This document shows positions 26,195 to 35,900 of a stretch of DNA of 64,000 bases, in pieces. Below the pieces are notes generated by a model that was given only the letters and a program-made list of their open reading frames with translations, ran no database searches and was not told where the DNA came from. Position 1 is the stretch's first letter. Every line of letters starts with the position of its first letter. This stretch comes from Paractinoplanes brasiliensis (GTDB taxonomy: Bacteria > Actinomycetota > Actinomycetes > Mycobacteriales > Micromonosporaceae). A program made the translations under genes and the position numbers. Where the stretch lies: positions 2,255,944-2,319,943 of the forward strand of contig NZ_SNWR01000001.1 in the NCBI RefSeq assembly GCF_004362215.1. The letters run 5' to 3'.

Positions 26195-26739
26195 GATCAC
26201 CGGCCCACCCATGGTGGTTCGTCGGTCAGGTCGACGAAGGAGCCGCTCCAGCCGTGACTCCATCGGCGCGCCTCGTACTCGCCCAGCTCAGCGTAGATCG
26301 GCCCGGCCCATTCGAGGCTCAGCCCGCACCGGCGTCGCCTTCAGGCACGGGTTCGAACCGTGACACCTCCGGCCGCCGGCCGTCCGGCATATGAGGCAGG
26401 GACTGGCTCGCGACCGCCACCCAGACGGTCGGCCGAGGCGACCTCGTCGGCATCGCCAGATAGCGGGTCAGCGTGTTGCCGCCGTCCCAGCCGATCCAGG
26501 ACTCCCACTCCACCACGCCCCGGAAGGATCTAGGGCCGGAGACGTCCGCCTGAAGGTCGAGGTTCGCGCGAATGACGTCATGGATGAACGCCGTTGCTTT
26601 CTGGGGGAACATGTCGCCCGTTGTGGGCCGCCCGGCGCAAAGCCGTCACAGCATGGACATCGCGGTCGTCAAGACGCTTCGACGACACCCTCGTGGCGAG
26701 CCAGGCTCGGGCGTCGACATCGGTGAGGCGACACCCGGC

Positions 26740-27066
26740 TTAATAGATCTTGAGGAAGGTCACCGCTCCCTCATCAAGCCTGACTTCTTTCTCCTTGGCG
26801 AAGTTCACTCGGCGCTCTTCGTCGATCACGACGTATCCGGCGTTGTTTCCTGACCACAAACGCGTGGCACGCCGGATGTAGAGCTGGTCGTCCTCGCCCG
26901 CATTGGCCCAGCACCTGCTGTCCTCGTACTCGAAACCGTCGCTGGTCCACGACCAGTACCAGATCCGGAGGTAGCCGCCTTCGTTGCAGGCCACCAGGTT
27001 GAGTGCATACGCGGGCGCCGCCGGAACGACGGCGGCCAGGCTCAGCAGCATGGCGCCAGCCAGCAT
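26740..27066 (-). CDS. small secreted protein (108 aa), low-GC, likely horizontally acquired
   Basis: Signal peptide MLAGAMLLSLAAVVPAAPAYA; Trp/Tyr-rich mature part. Local GC is markedly lower than the surroundings, with AT-rich codons (AAA, GAA, TTT). Confidence 0.5.
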   Translation of the reverse strand: MLAGAMLLSLAAVVPAAPAYALNLVACNEGGYLRIWYWSWTSDGFEYEDSRCWANAGEDDQLYIRRATRLWSGNNAGYVVIDEERRVNFAKEKEVRLDEGAVTFLKIY

Positions 27067-27238
27067 CCGCAGGTTTCGGGACCATGTCTTCACAGATTCC
27101 CCCCACACAGTTGATGTTGATGAAACGATATGCGTCGATTTTTGGGGAGGATTGAATTCGCCGTGAACTTCTGTGGAGCAGTTCATTCCTCGTGACGGCC
27201 GCCCACAGATGGAACGGGGAAGGCATCTGCTTGCCGGG

Positions 27239-27874
27239 TCAGGCGTTGAGGAACATCAGGACGGCGAGGACGCGGCGGTTGTCGTCGTCGGACGGTGGCA
27301 TGCGCAGCTTGGTGAAGATGTTGTTGATGTGTTTGCTGACAACCTTCTCGGTGATGAAGAGCTGGGCGGCCACCGCGGCGTTGGAGCGGCCCTCCGCGAT
27401 GAGCCGTAACACCTCGTGCTCGCGGGCGGTCAGGCCGGCCAGGGGTTCGCGGCGGGCCAGCATCTGGGCGACCACCTCGGGGTCGAAGGCGGTGCCGCCG
27501 CCGGCGACCTGCTGCACCGTGGCGACGAACTGTTCGACGTCGGAGACGCGTTCCTTGAGCAGGTAGCCGACTCCCCCGGCCTGGTCGGTGAGCAACTCGC
27601 GGGCGTACAGGGGTTCGACGTGCTGGGACAGCACCAGGACGGGCAGGCCGGGGATCTGGGTGCGGGCGGCGATGGCGGCCTTCAGCCCCTCGTCGGTCTG
27701 GGTGGGCGGCAGCCGTACGTCGATGATCGCCACGTCGGGGCGGTGCCGCAGCAGCGCGGGCAGCAGCGCCGGGCCGTTGTCGATGGCGTCGACCACCTCG
27801 AAGTCGAAGGCCTTGAGCAGGCGGGTCAACCCGTCGCGGAGCAGGGTCAGGTCCTCGGCGATGACGACACGCAC
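27239..27874 (-). CDS. NarL/LuxR-family two-component response regulator
   Basis: REC domain ([12 protein letters not shown]...IIDVRLP) and GerE/LuxR HTH ([43 protein letters not shown]). GTG start at 27872-27874 overlaps the partner kinase by 28 nt; the upstream 270 in-frame residues are nonsense. Confidence 0.8.
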   Translation of the reverse strand: MRVVIAEDLTLLRDGLTRLLKAFDFEVVDAIDNGPALLPALLRHRPDVAIIDVRLPPTQTDEGLKAAIAARTQIPGLPVLVLSQHVEPLYARELLTDQAGGVGYLLKERVSDVEQFVATVQQVAGGGTAFDPEVVAQMLARREPLAGLTAREHEVLRLIAEGRSNAAVAAQLFITEKVVSKHINNIFTKLRMPPSDDDNRRVLAVLMFLNA

Positions 27875-29112
27875 GGCAGCTCCATGGTCACGACGGTGGG
27901 ACCGCCCGGCGGGGACGTGACGGACATCGTCCCATCGAAGGCGTCGAGCCGTCGTTCGATCCCCTGCAGTCCGGTGCCGTGCCGCGGGTCGGCGCCGCCG
28001 TCGCCGTCGTCGCCGACCTCCGCGAACAGCACGCCGCCGGTGTGCCGCAGGGTGACCCAGGCCGTACGGGCGTTGCTGTGCCGGATGACGTTGGCGAGCG
28101 TCTCGGCCACCGCGAAGTACAACGCCGACTCGACCGGGGTGTCGAGGCGGCTGGGCAGGTGCGAGGTGACCGTGGTGCGTACCGGCAGGCTCATGGCCAG
28201 GGCTTGGACGGCGCCTTCGAGCCCGCGCTCGGCCAGCACCGGCGGGTGGATGCCGCGGACCAGGTGGCGCAGCTCGACCAGGGCGGTGGTGCTGGTCGCG
28301 CGGGCCTCGGCCAGCAGTTTGAGCGCGGCGGCGGGGTCGCGCAGCACGAGCCGTTCGGCCAGCCCGATCGTCATTCCTACGGCAACCATGCGGGCCTGGG
28401 CGCCGTCGTGCAGGTCGCGTTCGATCCGGCGCAGTTCCACGGCCTGCGCGTCGATCGCGCCGGCCCGGGACTCGGTCAGGTGCGCCACCCGGAGCCGCAG
28501 TTCGGCGCCCCGGGTCGGCGCGAGGAACAGCCGCGCGAACCGCAGGTTCACCGTACGGAGCAACGGCGCCACGATCAGCCCGACCGTCACCACGACCAGG
28601 CCTTGGGGCAGCGCCAGCCAAGCCTCGGCGAGGTTGGTGGTGGGCCAGAACAGGCCGTACCCGAACCAGATGCCGCCCAGGAACAGCCACAGCGGGACCA
28701 GCAGAACACCGGCCAGGCCGTACCCGGTGATCGTCAGGACCAGCAGGCCCAGCCCGATGGCGACGAGCGCGCCGGGCAGGAGCCAGGCCGCGTCACGCCA
28801 GGTGGCCGGATCGGTGAGCAGCCACCGCAGCCACTGCCTGTCCCCCACCTCGGCGGGATCCGGCCGGGGCGTGTAGGGCCGCCGCATCGGCACACCGGCC
28901 CGGGTGCCGATGCGGCGTTCGAGGTCGGCGCGCCACCGGACGACCGTGGTGGCCAGCCCGAGGAACTCGGGGCCGAGCACCGGCACCGGGCCGAGCACCA
29001 ACCCCACCAGCCACAGCCCCAGCACGGCCGGGTTGAGCAGGGCGAGGCCGATCGCGAACAATCCGTCCGCGACGGCGCTCAGGCCGGTGCGCACCCGGCC
29101 CCGGATAGTCAT
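27847..29112 (-). CDS. sensor histidine kinase (HisKA_3 / NarX-type)
   Basis: Four or five TM helices, HisKA_3 box [17 protein letters not shown] and a HATPase_c domain. ATG at 29110-29112 (MTIRGRV). Confidence 0.8.
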   Translation of the reverse strand: MTIRGRVRTGLSAVADGLFAIGLALLNPAVLGLWLVGLVLGPVPVLGPEFLGLATTVVRWRADLERRIGTRAGVPMRRPYTPRPDPAEVGDRQWLRWLLTDPATWRDAAWLLPGALVAIGLGLLVLTITGYGLAGVLLVPLWLFLGGIWFGYGLFWPTTNLAEAWLALPQGLVVVTVGLIVAPLLRTVNLRFARLFLAPTRGAELRLRVAHLTESRAGAIDAQAVELRRIERDLHDGAQARMVAVGMTIGLAERLVLRDPAAALKLLAEARATSTTALVELRHLVRGIHPPVLAERGLEGAVQALAMSLPVRTTVTSHLPSRLDTPVESALYFAVAETLANVIRHSNARTAWVTLRHTGGVLFAEVGDDGDGGADPRHGTGLQGIERRLDAFDGTMSVTSPPGGPTVVTMELPCVSSSPRT

Positions 29113-29228
29113 GACACCATCATGGCTCGGCGGCCGCGGGAAAGCAGACGACCAGGGGTGCCAGCACCCCCACCCGGGTGGGGCCTCGCACTCCCGACCG
29201 GACGGCCCGGCTCGATCAGACTGGACCG

Positions 29229-30257
29229 ATGACGGCAATCACGGTGCGACCACGGGCGAGCACGGCCAGCGATTTCGCGGCTCTGAAGCGGAAGGTCGAC
29301 GCGGCCGGGCTGCTGCGGCGGCAACCCGCCTATTACGCCCTGCGTCTCGCTGTCGTCGGCGCGATGTTCGCCGGCGGCTGGGCCGCCTTCTTCCTGATCG
29401 GCTCGTCGTGGTGGACGCTGCTGGTGGCGGTCTTCCTCGCGGTGACCTTCAGCCAGGTCGGCCTGGTCGCGCACGACCTGGCGCACCGTCAGGTCTTCCG
29501 CACCAAACGGCCCAGCGAGATCGCCGGCCGGATCAGCGCCAACCTGGGTGTGGGCATGAGTTACGGCTGGTGGATGGACAAGCACACCCGCCACCACAAC
29601 AACCCCAACCACGACGACCTCGACCCCGACGTCGCCCCCGAGGTGCTGATCTGGGCCACCGAGTCGGCGTTGGGCCGGCGAGGGCTGGCCGGTTTCGTCA
29701 CCCGGCATCAGGCGGGGCTTTTCTTCCCGCTGCTGACGCTGCTCAGCACCGATCTGAAGGTGTCCAGCATCAAGGCGCTCCGGGTCGGCGTGGTGAAACG
29801 GCCGGTGCTCGAGTCGGTGCTGCTGGGAATCCACGCCGCTGCCTACCTGTCGGCGTTGTTCGTGGTGCTGTCGCCGCTGCAGGCCCTCGCGTTCCTGGTC
29901 GTGCATCAGGGGCTGTTCGGCGTCTACCTGGGCATGACGTTCGCCCCCAACCACAAGGGCATGCCGCACCCGGACGGCACCGAGGACTATCTGCGCAAGC
30001 AGGTGGTGACCTCCCGCAACGTGCGGGGTGGCTGGTTCGTCGACATCGCGCTGGGCGGACTGAACTATCAGATCGAGCACCACCTGTTCCCGGGGATGCC
30101 GACCCCGAACCTGCGTAAGGCCCAGCCGATCGTCCGCGCGCACTGCGAGCAGGTCGGCGTCCCGTACGTGGAAACCGGTCTGATCGAGTCGTACCGGCAG
30201 GCGCTGCGGCATCTGCACGAGGTCGGCGCTCCGTTGCGGGCGAGCCGCGCCCGGTGA
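29229..30257 (+). CDS. membrane fatty-acid desaturase family protein
   Basis: Three His boxes HDLAH, HTRHH and HHLFP, with TM helices; similar to DesA3 or linoleoyl-type desaturases. Confidence 0.8.
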   Translation: MTAITVRPRASTASDFAALKRKVDAAGLLRRQPAYYALRLAVVGAMFAGGWAAFFLIGSSWWTLLVAVFLAVTFSQVGLVAHDLAHRQVFRTKRPSEIAGRISANLGVGMSYGWWMDKHTRHHNNPNHDDLDPDVAPEVLIWATESALGRRGLAGFVTRHQAGLFFPLLTLLSTDLKVSSIKALRVGVVKRPVLESVLLGIHAAAYLSALFVVLSPLQALAFLVVHQGLFGVYLGMTFAPNHKGMPHPDGTEDYLRKQVVTSRNVRGGWFVDIALGGLNYQIEHHLFPGMPTPNLRKAQPIVRAHCEQVGVPYVETGLIESYRQALRHLHEVGAPLRASRAR

Positions 30258-30420
30258 AACCCGCCGTTGGGCCGGCGCCGCGGCATATGACGGTTGTGCG
30301 AAAAAGCTGAACGGGGGTCGCTGAAAGGACCGGTCAAGCCCGAGAATGTGAGCCGATCATGGGGTGGACACCGGCTGTCACCATGGGTTCACGACCACGG
30401 GACGGGGGACGGTCCGGAGC

Positions 30421-31002
30421 ATGGGGTTTGTCGACGCTGCGCTGAGTTTCCCGACCGTTCTCCTCACTCCCCTGCTCGTCGTGGTCATCGGGTTCTGGAT
30501 TGTTGTCATCGTGGGCGGCGCGGACCCGGATGCGGGGTCGGAGGCCGGTGACGGTGGCCCGCTCGACTTCGCCGGGCTGGGTGGCGTGCCGGCGCCCATC
30601 ACGCTGTCGTTGCTGGTGGCGTTCGCCTGGTTCGCCAGCCTGGCCGGCGGTGAGTTCCACGGGCCGATCCCCCTCTGGGCCGTGCTGCTCGCCGCCGTCG
30701 CCGTGGCCTGGGTGCTCACCCGCATCCTGGTGATTCCGCTGCGCAAGATGCTCCCGGACGGGCCGGACGCCTCCCGCGCCGACTTCGTGGGGCTCACCTG
30801 CGTCATCCGCACCGGGCGGGTGACCGACACGTTCGGCCAGGCCGAGGTGCACGCGCCGGACGGGTCGTCGGCGATCGTTCAGGTACGGCAGGCCGGCCAC
30901 GACGATCTGCGTGCCGGTTCTGAGGCTCTTCTTTACGACTTCGACCCGGACGGCGAGTTCTTCTGGGTCGTTCCCACCGATATCGCAACAAGGGGTCATT
31001 GA
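30421..31002 (+). CDS. NfeD-like membrane protein (C-terminal OB-fold), flotillin partner
   Basis: Three TM helices then a beta-rich C-terminal domain (VGLTCVIRTGRVTDTFGQAEVHAPDGSSAIVQVRQ). Its stop overlaps the flotillin start (TGATG). Confidence 0.6.
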   Translation: MGFVDAALSFPTVLLTPLLVVVIGFWIVVIVGGADPDAGSEAGDGGPLDFAGLGGVPAPITLSLLVAFAWFASLAGGEFHGPIPLWAVLLAAVAVAWVLTRILVIPLRKMLPDGPDASRADFVGLTCVIRTGRVTDTFGQAEVHAPDGSSAIVQVRQAGHDDLRAGSEALLYDFDPDGEFFWVVPTDIATRGH

Positions 31003-32999
31003 TGGACGTTGTCTCCACCGGGTTCGGTGTGCTCGCAGCCGTGGTGCTGCTCGTGGCCATCGGTGTGCTGTTCTTCGTCAGCCGCATGTTCCGCAAGGTC
31101 GAGCAGGGCAAGGCGCTGATCGTGTCGAAGGTGCGCCGCGTCGACGTGACGTTCACCGGCGCGATCGTGCTGCCGGTGCTGCACAAGGCCGAGATCATGG
31201 ACATCTCGGTCAAGACGATCGAGATCACCCGGACCGGGCGTGAGGGTCTGATCTGCAAGGACAACATCCGGGCGGACATCCGGATCACGTTCTTCGTGCG
31301 GGTCAACAAGACCACCGAGGACGTCATCAAGGTGGCCCAGGCCATCGGCACCGACCGGGCCAGCAGCGAGTCGACGCTGCAGGAGCTGTTCAACGCCAAG
31401 TTCTCCGAGGCGCTGAAGACGGTGGGCAAGCAGCTCGACTTCGTCGACCTGTACACCCGGCGCAACGACTTCCGCGACCAGATCATCGAGGTGATCGGCA
31501 CCGACCTCAACGGGTACAGCCTGGAGGACGCGGCGATCGACTTCCTCGAGCAGACGCCGCTGGGCTCGATGGACCCGAAGAACATCCTCGACGCGCAGGG
31601 CATCCGGAAGATCACCGAGCTGACCGCGATCGAGGCGGTGCGCACGAACGACTACCGGCGCAACGAGGAGAAGGAGATCACCCGCCAGAACGTGGACGCC
31701 AAGGAGGCGATCCTCGAGCTGGAGCGCCGGCAGGCCGACGCGGAGATCAAGCAGCGCCGCGAGATCGAGACCATGCGGGCCCGCGAGGAGGCCGAGATCG
31801 CCCTGGCCCACGCCGAGGAGCGGCTGCGCGCCGAGGGCGCCCGGCTCAAGACCGACCAGCAGCTGGGTGTTCAGGAGGAGAACAAGCGCCGCGAGATCGC
31901 GGTGGCCGAGAAGAACCGCGAGCGGGTCATCGCCATCGAGACCGAGCGCATCGAGAAGGACCGCATGCTCGAGGTGATCGGCCGCGACCGCGAGACCGAG
32001 CTGTCCACGATCTCGAAGGACAAGGAGGTCGAGGCGGAGAAGCGGCTCATGGCCGAGGTGATCCGGGAGCGGATCGCGGTCGAGAAGACGGTCGCCGAGC
32101 AGGAGGAGAACATCAAGCGCCTGCGTACGGTCGAGGAGGCCGAGCGCACCCGCCAGGCCGTCGTCATCCAGGCCGAGGCCGAGGCGCAGGAGTCCCTGGT
32201 CAAGGACATCAAGGCGGCCGAGGCGGCGGAGGCCGCGGCCAAGTTCAAGGCCCGCGAGGAAGTGCTGCTGGCCGAGGCGCGTCAGCAAGCCGCCGAGCTC
32301 GACGCCCGCTCGAAGATCCGGCTGGCCGAGGGCACGCAGGCCGAGGCGGCCGCGGCCGGGCTGGCCGACGTGCAGGTGCGCGAGCGCAATGCCGAGGTGA
32401 TCGAGAAGACCGGCCGGGCCGAGGCTGCCGTCGAGCGCGAGAAGGCGCTGGTGGCCGCGGAGGCGATCCGCGAGAAACTGAAGGGCGAGGCCGAGGGCCT
32501 GCAGGACAAGGCGGGCGCGATGGCGGCCCTGGACGACGCCACCCGCGAGCACGAGGAGTACCGCCTGCGGCTGGAGATGGAGAAGGAGATCCGGCTGGCC
32601 GGCATCACCGTGCACCGCGAGGTGGCCGAGGCGCAGGCCAAGGTGCTCTCGGCGGGGCTGGAGAAGGCCGACATCGACATCGTCGGCGGCGACTCGATGT
32701 TCTTCGACAAGCTGATCGGCTCGATCGCCCTGGGCAAGAGCGTGGACGGCTTCGTCGAGAACTCGACGGTGGCTCAGAGCCTCGGCGCCCGCTACCTCGA
32801 CGGCACGGCCAGTTTCGCCGACGACCTGGGCCGCGTGGTCGGCTCGGTGTCGACGTCCGACGTGGCCAACGTCAGCCTGGCCGCCTTCCTCACCCAGCAG
32901 ATCAAGAACGGCGGCAAGGACGCCGGCAAGCTGCGTGAGCTGCTGGCCGCCGCGCAGGAGATGGGTATCGCCGACGGCAAGGTGCCGGCGGCCCGGTGA
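31002..32999 (+). CDS. floT: flotillin-family SPFH/band-7 protein (FloT/YuaG-like)
   Basis: N-terminal TM anchor, SPFH domain, and a long EA-rich coiled-coil flotillin domain. Confidence 0.85.
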   Translation: MDVVSTGFGVLAAVVLLVAIGVLFFVSRMFRKVEQGKALIVSKVRRVDVTFTGAIVLPVLHKAEIMDISVKTIEITRTGREGLICKDNIRADIRITFFVRVNKTTEDVIKVAQAIGTDRASSESTLQELFNAKFSEALKTVGKQLDFVDLYTRRNDFRDQIIEVIGTDLNGYSLEDAAIDFLEQTPLGSMDPKNILDAQGIRKITELTAIEAVRTNDYRRNEEKEITRQNVDAKEAILELERRQADAEIKQRREIETMRAREEAEIALAHAEERLRAEGARLKTDQQLGVQEENKRREIAVAEKNRERVIAIETERIEKDRMLEVIGRDRETELSTISKDKEVEAEKRLMAEVIRERIAVEKTVAEQEENIKRLRTVEEAERTRQAVVIQAEAEAQESLVKDIKAAEAAEAAAKFKAREEVLLAEARQQAAELDARSKIRLAEGTQAEAAAAGLADVQVRERNAEVIEKTGRAEAAVEREKALVAAEAIREKLKGEAEGLQDKAGAMAALDDATREHEEYRLRLEMEKEIRLAGITVHREVAEAQAKVLSAGLEKADIDIVGGDSMFFDKLIGSIALGKSVDGFVENSTVAQSLGARYLDGTASFADDLGRVVGSVSTSDVANVSLAAFLTQQIKNGGKDAGKLRELLAAAQEMGIADGKVPAAR

Positions 33000-35900
33000 C
33001 CGCGGAGACCATTGACGCCGGCACCTACGAGGTGCTGCGCGGCCGGCTGGGGGCGCGTGCGCGCGAACTGGCCGGCCGCGCGGAGGCCCTGAACGCCCGG
33101 CGGATCGAGACGTTCGGCGGGCGCGGGACCACGCTGCTGCACACCGACCGGATCCGGACCGAGAACAACTGTGTGCCGCGCGACATCGCGCAGGTCGGCG
33201 GCGTCATGCTGTTCGGCTACAACGTGTTCATCGGGCTCAAGACCGAGACGTCGATCGCCGACGTGTTCGCGGTGCACCGGTTCACCGGCAAGACTTTCGA
33301 GCCGGCCACGCTGCCCGGGCTGCTCGACGACCCGGCGTTCGAACGCGACTTCGCCGAGCTGTACCGCTATTACAAGCAGACGAAGCTGCAGCAGCTGCGC
33401 CGGATCGAGAACCTGCTGCTGGCCGTCTTCCAGACCGGCGCGCGCGGCGACGACCTCAAGGTGCTGCGCTGGCGGGTCGGCGCCGACGGCTCCGTGTCCT
33501 ACGTGGACAACCGCGGCGAGCGTGACCACGTCTTCCCGCCGCAGCACGACTTCGAGTGGATCGTCACCGGCCGCGAGCACCACGTGCTGGGCCGGCACCC
33601 GCACGTGTCGATCGAGGATCAGGTCTTCGTCGAGACGGTCGGCGGCTCGCTGACGGTCAAGGTCGAGAACAACACCGAGAACGGCGAGGGGATCTTCTCC
33701 GAGCCGGTCGACGAGCCGCTGCAGAGCCTCGCCGACGCGGGGATCTCGTACGCCCGGGTCGGGCCCCTGATTCTGCTGCGCGTCCTCCCGTACCAGGAAA
33801 CGGTCTTCCGCTTCTTGGTCTTCAACACCCGCACCAAGGACGTGCGCCGCCTCGACGGGATCGGGCAGGCCTGCCGCCGCCTGCCGGACGACCAGGGCGT
33901 CATCTTCCCGGGCGGCTACTACCTGGCCACCGGGGCCGCGAAGACGTTCGACGCGGACACCACCGACCTCGAGTTCGAGCGCGCGATCCACTCGGTCAAC
34001 GGCGAGGACGTGCTGTACGTCTTCCACGCCCGCACCACCGGCCGCTATCTGCTGCTGCCGTACAACGTGATCCGCAAGGAAGTCGCCACCCCGATCGTCG
34101 GCAACGGCTACTCGCTGTTCGACGACGGCACCCTGGTGGTGTTCCGCACCACCACCGACGAGCCGGCCCGCGTGCACCCGATGCAGGTGTGGCAGACCCC
34201 GTACGAGTCGGACACGCACGCCGCCACGCGACCGGCCGGGGACGGCCCGCTCGACCGGATCGGCAACGCGGACCTCGTACGGGGAATTGCCGACGCGCTC
34301 GCCGTGGACCGCATGGTCGAGGAGATGAGCCCGTCCGGGCCGGTCTTCGAGGCGATCATCGCGGCCTGCGCCCGGGTCGCGGACAGTTATCACTGGCTGG
34401 GCGACCCCGAGCTGGAGAACCTGGGCGAGCCGCTGGCCGAGGTGCGCGCCACCGCCGAGCAGGTGCTCGACGAGTTCGAGTCGGTGCAGGTGCTGACCGC
34501 GCAGGCGGCCGACGCGGTGACCGCGGCCGAGAGCAACGCCGCCTCGCTGATCGGCAAGGCCCGCGCCGAGAACCCGACCACCACCGGCGGCTGGGTGGCC
34601 CAGCTCGGCGGGCTGCGCCAGGAGCAGGGACGGCTGGCCGGGCTGCGCGAGATGCGTTACGCCGACGGTGCTCGCATCGACGCCGTGGACGCCAACCTGT
34701 CGGCGGCGGTCGACGAGACGGCCCGCCGCGCGGTCGAGCACCTGCAGCGGCCGGACGCGTTCGCCGACTACGAGTCCACGGTGGAGGATCTGGTCGTGTC
34801 GGCCGGCGCAATCGCCACCACGGCCGAGGCCGAGCCGGTCACGGCCCGCATAGCCGAGCAGTTCGACGGTCTGCAGGCGGTCACCGAAGTGGTCGGCGGT
34901 CTCGACATCGCCGACGCCACCGTACGGGTCGGCATCCTCGAACGCCTCGGCACCGTGCTGGGCGGGCTCAACCGGGCCCGCGCCACCGTCGAGGGCCGCC
35001 GCCGGGAACTGGCCGCGCAGGAGGGCCGGGCCGAGTTCGCCGCCGAGTTCGCGCTGTTCGGGCAGGCGGTCAGCGGCGCGCTGGCGGCCGCCGACACCCC
35101 CGAACGCTGCGACGAGCACCTGACCCGGCTGATGGCGCAGATCGAGACGCTGGAGACCCGGTTCGGCGAGTTCGCCGACTTCGCCGAGCAGCTCGCCACC
35201 AAACGCACCGAGGTCTACGAGGCGATCTCCGGCCGCCGCCAGGCTTTGCTGGACGAGCAGGCGCGCCGGGCCGACCGGATGGCCGACTCGGCCCGGCGCA
35301 TCCTCGACACCGTGCGCCGCCGGGTCGGCACGCTGACCGACACCGACCAGGTCAACACGTACTTCGCCACCGACCCGATGGTGGCCAAGCTGCGTTCGAT
35401 CACGGGTGACCTGCGTACGCTCGGCGACCCCGTACGGGCGGAGGAGCTGGACGGTCAGCTCAAGGCCGCCCGCCAGGACGCGGGCCGGAGCCTGCGTGAC
35501 CGGCAGGACCTCTACACCGACGGCGGCCGCACCATCCGGCTGGGGCGGCACTCGTTCGCGGTCAACACCAGCGCGATCGACCTGACCCTGGTGCCGCACG
35601 CCGGGGAGCTGGCGTTCGCGATCACCGGCACCGACTATCGCGGGCCGATCCGTGACGAGGGGTTCCTGTCCACCCGTACGTTCTGGGAGCAGCCGCTGGT
35701 CTCCGAGGACGCCCACGTCTATCGGGGTGAGCACCTGGCCGCGGCGGTCTTCGCGGACGACCCCGCGGCGGCGGTCGCGGCGCTCACCGACGACAGCCTG
35801 CGCGATCTCGTACGCCGGGGCGCGGAGGCCCGCTACGACGAGGGCTACGAGCGGGGGGTGCACGACGCCGACGCCGCGCTGATCCTGGCCGCGTTGATCC

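Noticed and set aside
25874-26726. ORF-track calls 25874..26263 (-), 26076..26363 (+), 26391..26726 (+) as genes
   Set aside because: Their translations are Arg/Pro/Gly-rich nonsense. Only the minus-strand fragment 26319..26612 and the adjacent frame look protein-like, and these are reported as a possible pseudogene remnant.
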